Shown: piece by piece, positions 10,376-18,412 of the stretch
How the letters are laid out: each line of letters begins with the position of its first letter
Numbering within the stretch: position 1 is the first letter of the stretch
NCBI GenBank assembly: GCA_963820995.1
Contig: CAWGCL010000017.1
Span: forward strand, 4,729-68,728
DNA length: 64,000 nucleotides
Reading direction: 5' to 3'
Origin: an uncultured Cytophagales bacterium
GTDB taxonomy: Bacteria; Bacteroidota; Bacteroidia; Cytophagales; Cyclobacteriaceae
Translations under genes and position numbers: made by a program
The notes under the pieces: model-generated
Seen by the model: the letters and a program-made list of their open reading frames with translations, nothing else
Databases searched by the model: none
What the model was told of the DNA's origin: nothing

Positions 10376-12502
10376 ATGAAGAGACCTATAATCCATATAT
10401 TAATATTCTTTTTTTCAGTACCGGCAATTGCACAGGAAGTACAATGGGTCTCACGGGTTATTGATTATTCTTCAGAACTGTCGGAAAAGGAATATTCAGC
10501 CCAACAGGTAATTGGAAAGCCAGATGTCTTGCCGCAAGGCGGCGATAGTCCGAATGCATGGATGCCATTGAATCCGAATAAATCAGAATATATAAAGGTT
10601 TGGTTTGATCAACCTATGCATATTCAGCAGATCGTCATTGCTGAATCTTTTAATCCAAGTGCTACATATCAAATCTATGCTTATGACAGGGAAGGCAAAG
10701 AATACCTTTTAAATTCCTTTTCACCAGGCCCAGTACCACAAAAGGGAAGACTTTTACATGTATTTTTTGAGAGGACTGTTTATGAGCTTAACTCTTTGAA
10801 ACTGGTACTGGACGGTTTATCGGTCCCGGGATATAACGGTATTGATGCCATTGGGATCTCAGATTCAAAGATCCCTGTAGAGGTTGAGATTCACCGGGCT
10901 GCAAATGTTTCCAAAAAACTGATCGCCCAAAAGCTCAGTCAAAGTATAAACAGTGAGTATAAGGAGATCCGCCCCATTCTAACTCCCGATGGCAAGACTA
11001 TGTACTTCAGCAGAATGAACCATCCCGAGAATATCGGGGGCACAGACGATCCCGAAGATATATGGTACTCAGATTATAATATGAATATAGAAGATTGGCT
11101 CGACGCTGTTAACCCTGGCCAACCACTTAATAATACCGGGGCAAACTATGTTAGTTCAATAACACCTGACGGTAAATCTATGACGGTAATGCTTGGCAAC
11201 AGATATCACAAAAATAAAGACATGAAGCCTGGCGTTTCTGTCAGCACAATAAACAGCAATGGCTGGACCGAGCCGGTCCCGGTAAATATTAACAACGCCT
11301 TTATAGAGAATAATGACGGGCATTATTTTCTTACACAAAGCCGGGAATCAATGATCATATCAGTAAATAGATTTGATGCTTATGGGAGAAAAGATATTTA
11401 TGTGACCTTTTTATTGCCCGATGGTTCATGGAGCGAACCGCTTAACCTGGGAAACACCATCAATACAACAAATGATGAACATTCACCATTCCTGGCAGCG
11501 GATAATAAGACCTTGTATTTTTCTTCTAAAGGATATAGTGGATTTGGTGGGTATGATGTTTATGTAAGCCGGCGGCTGGATGAATCATGGAAGAAATGGA
11601 GTGAGCCGGAAAATCTTGGAAACCAGATAAATACCGAAGAGGATGAAGTATTTTTTACCATCCCTCCATCCGGGAAATATGCCTATTATTCAAAAAGTAT
11701 CTCTGAATATGATGCCGATATTTACAGGATACAATTACCTCTGTTTTTTCAACCAGAACCAATTGCCTTGTTGAGAGGGCATATTTATAAAGAAGGGACC
11801 AGAGAACCTGTCCCAGCCAGGATCCAGTATGAAGTATTCCCGGATGAAACGGAAGTTGGATACACAAATTCCGATCCTCGGACCGGAGATTTTGAGATTG
11901 TATTCCCCCTGGGTTCAAATTATAAATATGTTGTTGATTTAAATGGTGTGGTACTATATGAGGATACTATAACACTTGTCGGACAAGATGAATACACGGA
12001 AATCGAGCGGGATATTTTCATCAACCCGGACAAAATAAATGAGGCCATAACCAGTGCGGCGGTATTGGCTGGAAACGCAGATGCCCCGGATCAAAAGCAG
12101 GATGAAGAGGAAGCCCCTTTCATAGAAATCAATGATGGCGTTTTGTCAATTAGTGTCCATTTCAATTTTGATTCCGATGTGATCTGGAAAAGTTCTTATA
12201 CACATCTGGACGGGATTGTCAATCTGCTGAAAAGCACACCTGTAAATATCATACTCACAGGACATACTGACAGCATTGGTTATGATACTTATAATCTTAC
12301 TTTATCAGAAAAAAGAGCCAGGTCGGTTTACCGGTATTTTGTTGAAAAAGGCATAGACCCCGAAAAGATCAAAACTATTGGTTACGGGGAATCGAGACCG
12401 TTAACTTCAAATGATACTAAAGAAGGGAGAAGAAGGAATAGAAGAGTAGAGTTTATCAGGGCAGATGAAATGGAAAAATATGATCAAAAGTACCAGCGGT
12501 AA
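10376..12502 (+). CDS. OmpA-family protein with PD40/TolB-like repeats
   Basis: It has a signal peptide and PD40-like repeats (PILTPDGKTMYFS, HSPFLAADNKTLYFSS). The C-terminal OmpA domain reads GHTDSIGYDTYNLTLSEKRA...NRRVEF. Confidence 0.75.
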   Translation: MKRPIIHILIFFFSVPAIAQEVQWVSRVIDYSSELSEKEYSAQQVIGKPDVLPQGGDSPNAWMPLNPNKSEYIKVWFDQPMHIQQIVIAESFNPSATYQIYAYDREGKEYLLNSFSPGPVPQKGRLLHVFFERTVYELNSLKLVLDGLSVPGYNGIDAIGISDSKIPVEVEIHRAANVSKKLIAQKLSQSINSEYKEIRPILTPDGKTMYFSRMNHPENIGGTDDPEDIWYSDYNMNIEDWLDAVNPGQPLNNTGANYVSSITPDGKSMTVMLGNRYHKNKDMKPGVSVSTINSNGWTEPVPVNINNAFIENNDGHYFLTQSRESMIISVNRFDAYGRKDIYVTFLLPDGSWSEPLNLGNTINTTNDEHSPFLAADNKTLYFSSKGYSGFGGYDVYVSRRLDESWKKWSEPENLGNQINTEEDEVFFTIPPSGKYAYYSKSISEYDADIYRIQLPLFFQPEPIALLRGHIYKEGTREPVPARIQYEVFPDETEVGYTNSDPRTGDFEIVFPLGSNYKYVVDLNGVVLYEDTITLVGQDEYTEIERDIFINPDKINEAITSAAVLAGNADAPDQKQDEEEAPFIEINDGVLSISVHFNFDSDVIWKSSYTHLDGIVNLLKSTPVNIILTGHTDSIGYDTYNLTLSEKRARSVYRYFVEKGIDPEKIKTIGYGESRPLTSNDTKEGRRRNRRVEFIRADEMEKYDQKYQR

Positions 12503-12511
12503 TCAATTGCT

Positions 12512-12541
12512 TTTGTTTAACCCTCCGATCATATATTTTTG
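12512..12541 (+). promoter_or_regulatory. Candidate Bacteroidetes-type promoter for pnuC (-33 TTTG and -7 TAnnTTTG)
   Basis: TTTG lies at 12512-12515 and TATTTTTG at 12534-12541, 18 nt apart. The pair sits about 40 nt upstream of the pnuC ATG. Confidence 0.35.
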
Positions 12542-12579
12542 CTGCCGCTCAACATGAAATTAATAATAAATTCATCCGA

Positions 12580-13185
12580 ATGGATATCCTGCAGGGAATT
12601 TTTGAGGGAATTAAACAACTTAGCATCTTAGAGGCAACAGGTGTTCTTTTTGGGCTTCTAAGTGTTTGGTATGCCAAAAAAGAAAGCATCCTGGTGTTCC
12701 CAACAGGTATTGTTAGTGTCCTGATATATGTTTATCTATGCTTTAATACGCGCCTATATGCCGATATGGCCATTAATGCTTATTATTTCGTAATGAGCGT
12801 ATATGGCTGGTATTACTGGTCAAGAAAAGATGATACCAGTCACCATACTCCAATCACGAAAAATACCAAAAAAGAATGGATGTGGAGCCTTTCCACATTA
12901 CTTGTTTCATTTGTTATATTATCACAGCTACTTATACACTTCACAGATTCCGATGTGCCTATAATCGATGCATTTACAACTTCTATATTTTTTGTTGGAA
13001 TGCAATTGATGGCCAGAAAAAAAATCGAGAACTGGCTGGCATGGATTATTGGAGATTTTATTTCAATCCCTTTATATTTTTATAAGGGTCTTGTTCTAAC
13101 CAGTTTTCAGTTCTTTATATTTTTTATTATTGCCATACTTGGTTATCTGTCCTGGAAAAAAACACTGGAGCTATCGAAGACTTAA
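12580..13185 (+). CDS. pnuC: Nicotinamide riboside transporter PnuC
   Basis: 201-aa membrane protein. PnuC-like signatures include WYAKKESILVFPTG, GWYYW and the C-terminal region IGDFISIPLYFYKG. Confidence 0.75.
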   Translation: MDILQGIFEGIKQLSILEATGVLFGLLSVWYAKKESILVFPTGIVSVLIYVYLCFNTRLYADMAINAYYFVMSVYGWYYWSRKDDTSHHTPITKNTKKEWMWSLSTLLVSFVILSQLLIHFTDSDVPIIDAFTTSIFFVGMQLMARKKIENWLAWIIGDFISIPLYFYKGLVLTSFQFFIFFIIAILGYLSWKKTLELSKT

Positions 13186-13688
13186 AGAAAATAGCAATAG
13201 TAGGACCGGAATCTACCGGCAAGAGTACCTTGTCGAAAGAATTAGCTACATATTACAATACATGCTGGGTGGAAGAATATGCAAGGTTATACATAGATCA
13301 ATTAAAGAGACCCTATCAGAAACATGATCTGGAAAAAATTGCAAAAGGTCAGATAGAGGCAGAAAAGATTCAGGCCAGGAATGCAAATAGAATTTTGATT
13401 TGTGATACAAACCTCATCGTAATTAAAATATGGAGTGAACACAAATACGGCTCCTGCCCAGACTGGATTGTAGAAGAGATTTCGAAAAGCGATTATGATC
13501 TGCATTTACTAACTTATGTTGATATTCCATGGAAAGAGGATCCGCAAAGGGAACATCCTGATAAGCGTAGTTACTTCTATAAGAAGTATAAAGAAGAACT
13601 TGAGTTCTGGAATCTCCGGTATATTGAGATCAGAGGAGATATGAAAGAACGGTTTACCAATGCTGTTTCTGCTATAAATGCTTTATAA
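13173..13688 (+). CDS. NadR-type ribosylnicotinamide kinase-like P-loop ATPase. The start codon is unresolved.
   Basis: The Walker A motif IAIVGPESTGKSTL is encoded at about 13191-13232, upstream of and running into the first canonical start, TTG 13230. Upstream in this frame there are only ATC 13173, CTG 13152 and ATT 13119. The gene sits immediately after pnuC, as expected for an NR salvage pair. Confidence 0.6.
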   Translation: MEDLKKIAIVGPESTGKSTLSKELATYYNTCWVEEYARLYIDQLKRPYQKHDLEKIAKGQIEAEKIQARNANRILICDTNLIVIKIWSEHKYGSCPDWIVEEISKSDYDLHLLTYVDIPWKEDPQREHPDKRSYFYKKYKEELEFWNLRYIEIRGDMKERFTNAVSAINAL

Positions 13689-13704
13689 AACAATTTATTT
13701 AGAT

Positions 13705-13712
13705 TAATTTTG
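13705..13712 (+). promoter_or_regulatory. Candidate -7 promoter box, TAATTTTG
   Basis: It matches TAnnTTTG and sits 8 nt upstream of the first TPP aptamer P1 stem. A near -33 element, TTTA, is at 13683-13686. Confidence 0.3.
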
Positions 13713-13719
13713 ATTCTAA

Positions 13720-13800
13720 TTTGAGGGGTGCCTTAATATGCGGGCTGAGATTATACCCTTTGAACCTGATACCGGTAATTCGGGCGTAGGAAATCTCAAA
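13720..13800 (+). promoter_or_regulatory. TPP (THI-box) riboswitch aptamer 1
   Basis: The sequence is TTGAG-GGGTGCC...GGGCTGAGA-TTAT-ACCC-TT-TGAACCTGATACCGGTAATTCGGGCGTAGGAA-ATCTCAA. It contains the conserved CUGAGA, ACCUGAU and GG-UAAU-CC-GCG-AGGGA-like elements, and a closing P1 stem TTGAG/CTCAA. Confidence 0.85.
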
Positions 13801-13825
13801 ACTCCATATTAACACTACTCGAAAT

Positions 13826-13905
13826 AAAAGGGGTGCCCTAATGAAACGGGCTGAGATCATACCCTCATCACCTGATGCCGGTAATGCGGACGAAGGGAGG
13901 TATGG
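13826..13905 (+). promoter_or_regulatory. TPP (THI-box) riboswitch aptamer 2
   Basis: The sequence is GGGGTGCCC...CGGGCTGAGATCATACCCTCATCACCTGATGCCGGTAATGCGGACGAAGGGAGG. It has the same conserved blocks as aptamer 1, in the same orientation, about 105 nt downstream. Confidence 0.8.
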
Positions 13906-13935
13906 TAAGCAAAAAAGAGAACTTACCCCAGTTTT
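13904..13935 (+). promoter_or_regulatory. Putative expression-platform hairpin of the second TPP aptamer
   Basis: The stem is GGTAAG (13904-13909) with CTTACC (13922-13927), followed by CCAGTTTT. Its 5' arm overlaps the 3' end of aptamer 2. The receptor ATG is at 13963. Confidence 0.3.
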
Positions 13936-13962
13936 CCGGATGTTAACCTAAATTTTCAGAAA

Positions 13963-16293
13963 ATGAGGAAAGTTTATTTGCTTTTCGCAATGTGTGTTCT
14001 TGCCAATCATCTATTTGCTCAATCAGGCTTATCAGGAAATGTATTTGACAATGGTACCGGTGAAGCACTTGTTGGTGCCAGTGTAGTTGTAATCGGGACC
14101 AATACCGGAGTGACAACTGATATGTCCGGATCTTTCTCTATTGACGTGGATAAAAAGAAATATACTGAAATAACAATCAGTTATGTAGGATATGATCCTG
14201 TAACTATTAATATCGCCGACTCAAATTATATATCTGTCCCCCTTAACACAGCCTATACACTTGATGAAGTGGTTATACAAGCTGTCAGAGGAAATGATGA
14301 TAGGCCATCGACCAGAAAAGTGATCTCCAAAAAGGAAATCGAAAGTGTGTATATTGGGCAGGACGCGTTGTATGTGATTGACAAACTATCGCCATCGATC
14401 ATAACATATTCTGAATCAGGCACCAATGTTACCAATTATGGATTGATGAGATTACGCGGCATCGATCAGTCACGTATGAACATTACACTCGATGGTACAC
14501 CTTTAAATGACATGATAGACCAGGGTGTATTTTTCTCAAACTTCACGGATTTTACTAATTCCATGGAATCAATCCAGATTGAAAGGGGGGTGGGAACGAG
14601 TACTAATGGTACAGCTTCCTATGCCGGTTCTGTCGATTTTCAATCTGTAGATTTGAGGAACCGACCGGCTGAAGCTCAATTACAGATCTCAGGGGGATCA
14701 TTTGGCACCTATCGGGGAACTGTGGAGCTTACATCCGGAACAGTAGGTAAGGCATTCAATTTTTATACCCGATTTACAAAGATTCACTCCGATGGCTATC
14801 GATATCACTCAGGCACTGATTCATATTCCTTCTTTTTCTCAGGAGGATATTTTGGAGAAAAGGATATGGTCACCTTAAAAGGATTTACAGGTAAGAGCCA
14901 AAATGGACTCGCCTATTTGCCCGTTGCATTATCTGACATTGAAGAAGATCCCAGAACCAATTATGTTAACGAAAATGACATTGATAATTTTGGCCAGGAT
15001 TTTATTCAATTACAATATACTAGGTCGTTAACTGATTATTCCTCCCTGGTAACTACACTTTACTATGGGGCGGCAGGAGGAGATTATCCCGCTGGCTTTT
15101 ATGTAACTGATTCAATCTACGATTCAAACAGCCCGGATGGATATGAACTGATAGACAGGTTGGTTCAGATTAACTATCCCCTCTATAACGATCATGTTGG
15201 ATTCATTTCCTATTTCAACCATAATTCAAAAGATCATAAATTAGATCTTAGCACAGGAATTCATTTATATACCTTTCAACGACAGAATTTTGAAAGTGTG
15301 ATCCCTGACAATGCAAATCCATATTATGACGAAAGGTCCTGGAAAAATGAGTTGAGCCTCTTTGGAAAACTCGACTACAAGATCAATAAATTGATTTTGT
15401 TTGCCGATTTACAATTCAGGACCTTAAAACTCGAAATTGATCCGGATGAGACACTACTTCCGGATGAACCGAATGTAGTGAAAAACTGGACCTTTTTGAA
15501 TCCAAAAATAGGATTAACATATACACTCGATAATATAAAAAACCTGTATCTGATTTATGGCTATACAGGCAGGGAACCTACTAAAATTGACATCTTCGGA
15601 GGATTTCAATTAAATGGATCTAACCTTGAAAGCGTATTGTCAGATGATGTAAAAGCAGAATATGTTCATGATATCGAGGCCGGATTCAGGTTCAACAGAT
15701 ATAATATTACAGGCCAGATCAATGCCTTTTACATGAAATTTAATAATGAAATTGCCCCAATTGGGGTATACGTTCCTGAAGGATTTATACAATTAAGAAA
15801 AAACATCCCATACAGTTACAGGGCAGGAATTGAATTAAACTGGAATTGGAATTTCGCACCTTCCCTATATTTCAACGGCAATACAACTTTTATGCAAAGT
15901 CAGATCAAAGAGTATGCCCCTGACGAAGATCCCCAGGTATATGAAAATGTCTCTCAACCATTCAGCCCAAATTTTATGGCAATGGGTGCACTGGTTTACA
16001 AGTTCAGAAATTTATTAGATGTAGAAATATCCGGCAGATATGTTGGCGAATCATATCTGGAACCTACCAATCAGGCGGATATGATCATACCATCCTTTTT
16101 CGCAGCCAATATGCGCTTTGGAATTAACTTTTATAAAGAAAACAGGCTGGATATCTTTTTTAATAACATTTTTAACGAGCAATATTTTACGTATGGTGCA
16201 CCGGTGGATCCTGATTGGGACGGAAACCCTGAACCTGGTTATTTCATCCAACCCCCAAGAAACCTGTTTGTTCAGTTAACAATAAAATTATAA
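13963..16293 (+). CDS. TonB-dependent receptor, likely an outer-membrane thiamine/precursor transporter given its TPP leader
   Basis: 776 aa with a signal peptide. It has a carboxypeptidase-regulatory-like N-domain (LSGNVFDNGTGEALVGASVVV), plug-region motifs, and a beta-barrel ending ...FVQLTIKL. Confidence 0.8.
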   Translation: MRKVYLLFAMCVLANHLFAQSGLSGNVFDNGTGEALVGASVVVIGTNTGVTTDMSGSFSIDVDKKKYTEITISYVGYDPVTINIADSNYISVPLNTAYTLDEVVIQAVRGNDDRPSTRKVISKKEIESVYIGQDALYVIDKLSPSIITYSESGTNVTNYGLMRLRGIDQSRMNITLDGTPLNDMIDQGVFFSNFTDFTNSMESIQIERGVGTSTNGTASYAGSVDFQSVDLRNRPAEAQLQISGGSFGTYRGTVELTSGTVGKAFNFYTRFTKIHSDGYRYHSGTDSYSFFFSGGYFGEKDMVTLKGFTGKSQNGLAYLPVALSDIEEDPRTNYVNENDIDNFGQDFIQLQYTRSLTDYSSLVTTLYYGAAGGDYPAGFYVTDSIYDSNSPDGYELIDRLVQINYPLYNDHVGFISYFNHNSKDHKLDLSTGIHLYTFQRQNFESVIPDNANPYYDERSWKNELSLFGKLDYKINKLILFADLQFRTLKLEIDPDETLLPDEPNVVKNWTFLNPKIGLTYTLDNIKNLYLIYGYTGREPTKIDIFGGFQLNGSNLESVLSDDVKAEYVHDIEAGFRFNRYNITGQINAFYMKFNNEIAPIGVYVPEGFIQLRKNIPYSYRAGIELNWNWNFAPSLYFNGNTTFMQSQIKEYAPDEDPQVYENVSQPFSPNFMAMGALVYKFRNLLDVEISGRYVGESYLEPTNQADMIIPSFFAANMRFGINFYKENRLDIFFNNIFNEQYFTYGAPVDPDWDGNPEPGYFIQPPRNLFVQLTIKL

Positions 16294-16390
16294 GAAAGAT
16301 CGATATTCTTTGATTGATTGCAGGATATTTGAATATCTGACCATTCAATTTAATAATAATTGTATTTTTGCAAGATGATCAAAATTGTAT

Positions 16391-17059
16391 ATGCTGCTTA
16401 AGGAGATCAAGACACTAATCCTTCAGGAAACAATAATTGAATGGCGCCTGAAATATGCCATCAATGGGATTCTTCTATACCTGGTCAGTGTTATTTTTAT
16501 CAGTTACCTAAGTTTTCGATCTCAGGTCAGTTCTTTAAACCCTGTAATCTGGAATACCTTATTCTGGATCATAATTCTTTTCACTGCAGTGAATGCTGTT
16601 ACTAAAAGTTTTATACAATTGAACCGGGGAAGATTGATCTATTATTATTCAATTGCGAATCCCGTTGCAATAATTCTGTCGAAGGTAATTTATAATACAA
16701 TTTTGCTAATTGGAATAGGCTTTACCGGTTTATTGATGTACAGCCTGGTTTTGGGAAATCCAATAGATGATCTGTTCCTTTTTATGGCTAACCTGATATT
16801 AGGATCTGCAGGCTTTGCGGGAGTTTTAACAATGAACTCTGGTATTGCATCAAAGGCAGCTAATAGTACAACTTTAATGGCCGTATTAAGTTTTCCTGTT
16901 ATTTTGCCATTGTTATTGATCATAATTAGGGTCTCAAAAAATGCATTAGAAGGTCTGGATTGGTCCGCAAGTTACGGACCAATAATATATTTATGTGCCA
17001 TTGACATTATCGTGATAACAATTTCAACAATATTATTCCCTTATATATGGCGAAGCTGA
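16391..17059 (+). CDS. ccmB: Heme exporter permease CcmB
   Basis: Polytopic protein of about 222 aa (MLLKEIKTLILQETIIEWRLKYAINGILLY...). It is first in a tightly packed ccm cluster. I prefer ATG 16391 to TTG 16385. A TATTTTTG box lies at 16363-16370. Confidence 0.65.
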   Translation: MLLKEIKTLILQETIIEWRLKYAINGILLYLVSVIFISYLSFRSQVSSLNPVIWNTLFWIIILFTAVNAVTKSFIQLNRGRLIYYYSIANPVAIILSKVIYNTILLIGIGFTGLLMYSLVLGNPIDDLFLFMANLILGSAGFAGVLTMNSGIASKAANSTTLMAVLSFPVILPLLLIIIRVSKNALEGLDWSASYGPIIYLCAIDIIVITISTILFPYIWRS

Positions 17060-17733
17060 CATTCGACTTTAAAAAGAACTGGTGGAAATTAATTGCGGTA
17101 ATATTGGTATTCTACACCGTAATTGGAGGCTTTTTAATTAAAGTCCCAAGAATTGCCATAGTACAGGAAAGTGTAAGAAATCAGTTCTTTCATGTATCTA
17201 TGTGGTTCAGCATGATGATCCTGCTCACAACATCTTTAATATTCTCCATAAGATACCTTGCAAAATCAAAGATGAAATTCGATGGAATTGCTGAAGAATT
17301 TGCCTATATGGGAATTATTCTGGGGATATTAGGATTGGCGACCGGAAGTATATGGGCCAGGTTTACATGGGGTGCCTGGTGGGTCAATGATGCCAAACTT
17401 AATGGTGCAGCTATCTGTATGTTGATCTACCTTGCGTATGTTATATTGAGAAATTCAATTGAAGACGAAATTCAAAGGGCAAGGATCTCGGCTGTTTATA
17501 ATATATTTGCCTGGTCAACCTTGCTACCTCTCTTATATATCTTACCAAGACTCACAGACTCATTACATCCAGGCAGTGGAGGTAATCCTGGATTCAATAT
17601 TTACGATCTCGACAACAACTTAAGACTGGTTTTTTATCCATCTATTATAGGCTGGACCTTATTGGGTGTCTGGATCATTCAATTAAGAGTAAGGGTAAAA
17701 GAAATAAAATCAAAACTTGAAGATATTAGTTAA
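17047..17733 (+). CDS. ccmC: Heme exporter / cytochrome c assembly protein CcmC
   Basis: It has the Trp-rich motif WARFTWGAWWVNDAKLNG (WGxxWxWD-like). It overlaps ccmB by 13 nt. Confidence 0.75.
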   Translation: MAKLTFDFKKNWWKLIAVILVFYTVIGGFLIKVPRIAIVQESVRNQFFHVSMWFSMMILLTTSLIFSIRYLAKSKMKFDGIAEEFAYMGIILGILGLATGSIWARFTWGAWWVNDAKLNGAAICMLIYLAYVILRNSIEDEIQRARISAVYNIFAWSTLLPLLYILPRLTDSLHPGSGGNPGFNIYDLDNNLRLVFYPSIIGWTLLGVWIIQLRVRVKEIKSKLEDIS

Positions 17734-17737
17734 TTAT

Positions 17738-17983
17738 ATGAAGAAGTGGATAATAATGTTATTTTCTAATTTAATCGCCTTTTCTGTTATGGCCCAGCAG
17801 GGAGAAATTGATGCTGTTGAGATGGCTGACGCACTCAGAACCTCAGGGAAAATATATGTAGTAGTACTTGTAGTTACAATCATTTTAACAGGATTGATCT
17901 TATATCTTATCAGGCTGGACAAGAAGGTGAGCAGATTGGAAAAAGAAGTTTCAAATAAAATGAAATTTGAAACCCCTAATTAA
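17738..17983 (+). CDS. ccmD: CcmD-like small membrane protein
   Basis: 81 aa with one TM helix (IYVVVLVVTIILTGLILYLI) followed by a charged tail. It lies between ccmC and ccmE. Confidence 0.5.
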   Translation: MKKWIIMLFSNLIAFSVMAQQGEIDAVEMADALRTSGKIYVVVLVVTIILTGLILYLIRLDKKVSRLEKEVSNKMKFETPN

Positions 17984-17998
17984 TAATTTAAAATTCAG

Positions 17999-18403
17999 AT
18001 GAAAAAGACACACATCTTTGGGATCGTAATAATTGCAATTGCCGTAATGATCATAATAATTACAGCTGGCGACGCAAGCACCTATGTCACCTTTCGGGAA
18101 GCTATAAAAATGGCTGAAGATGGTAACAATAAAAAAATTCACGTTGTAGGTCAGTTAAAAAAGGACAAAGAAGGAAACGTCCAGGGTTTACAGGTTACAG
18201 AAGACAAGTTATCGGTATCCTTTTTGATGATTGACAATGAGAATATGGAACAGAAAATATATTTTAATGAACCAATGCCCCCGGATTTACATAGATCAGA
18301 ACAGGTTGTGGTAATAGGATCCTTTAAGGAAGATATATTTGTCGCAGATAAAATATTGTTAAAATGCCCTTCAAAATACCAGGAGGAAGAGATTAAGATA
18401 TAA
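17999..18403 (+). CDS. ccmE: Cytochrome c maturation heme chaperone CcmE, Cys-type variant (CPSKY)
   Basis: 134 aa with an N-terminal TM anchor and an OB-fold-like body. The C-terminal region KILLKCPSKYQEE aligns with the canonical VLAKHDENY, with Cys (18365-18367) in place of the heme-binding His. Confidence 0.75.
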   Translation: MKKTHIFGIVIIAIAVMIIIITAGDASTYVTFREAIKMAEDGNNKKIHVVGQLKKDKEGNVQGLQVTEDKLSVSFLMIDNENMEQKIYFNEPMPPDLHRSEQVVVIGSFKEDIFVADKILLKCPSKYQEEEIKI

Positions 18404-18412
18404 GTTAGGCGT

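Noticed and set aside
13130-13327. A frame-2 ORF bridging pnuC and the kinase, and the A7 run at 13156-13162 as a possible indel that would supply a TTG start for the kinase
   Set aside because: Removing one A would give the kinase a TTG start. It would also run PnuC on for about 50 extra codons of implausible sequence. The frame-2 peptide itself has no protein-like features.
12580-13962. The pnuC homologue could be a TPP-riboswitch-controlled thiamine transporter (PnuT)
   Set aside because: Both aptamers lie downstream of pnuC and the kinase gene, and face the TonB-dependent receptor. pnuC is paired with an NadR-type kinase, which fits nicotinamide riboside salvage. No aptamer-like sequence is present in the 77-nt pnuC leader.
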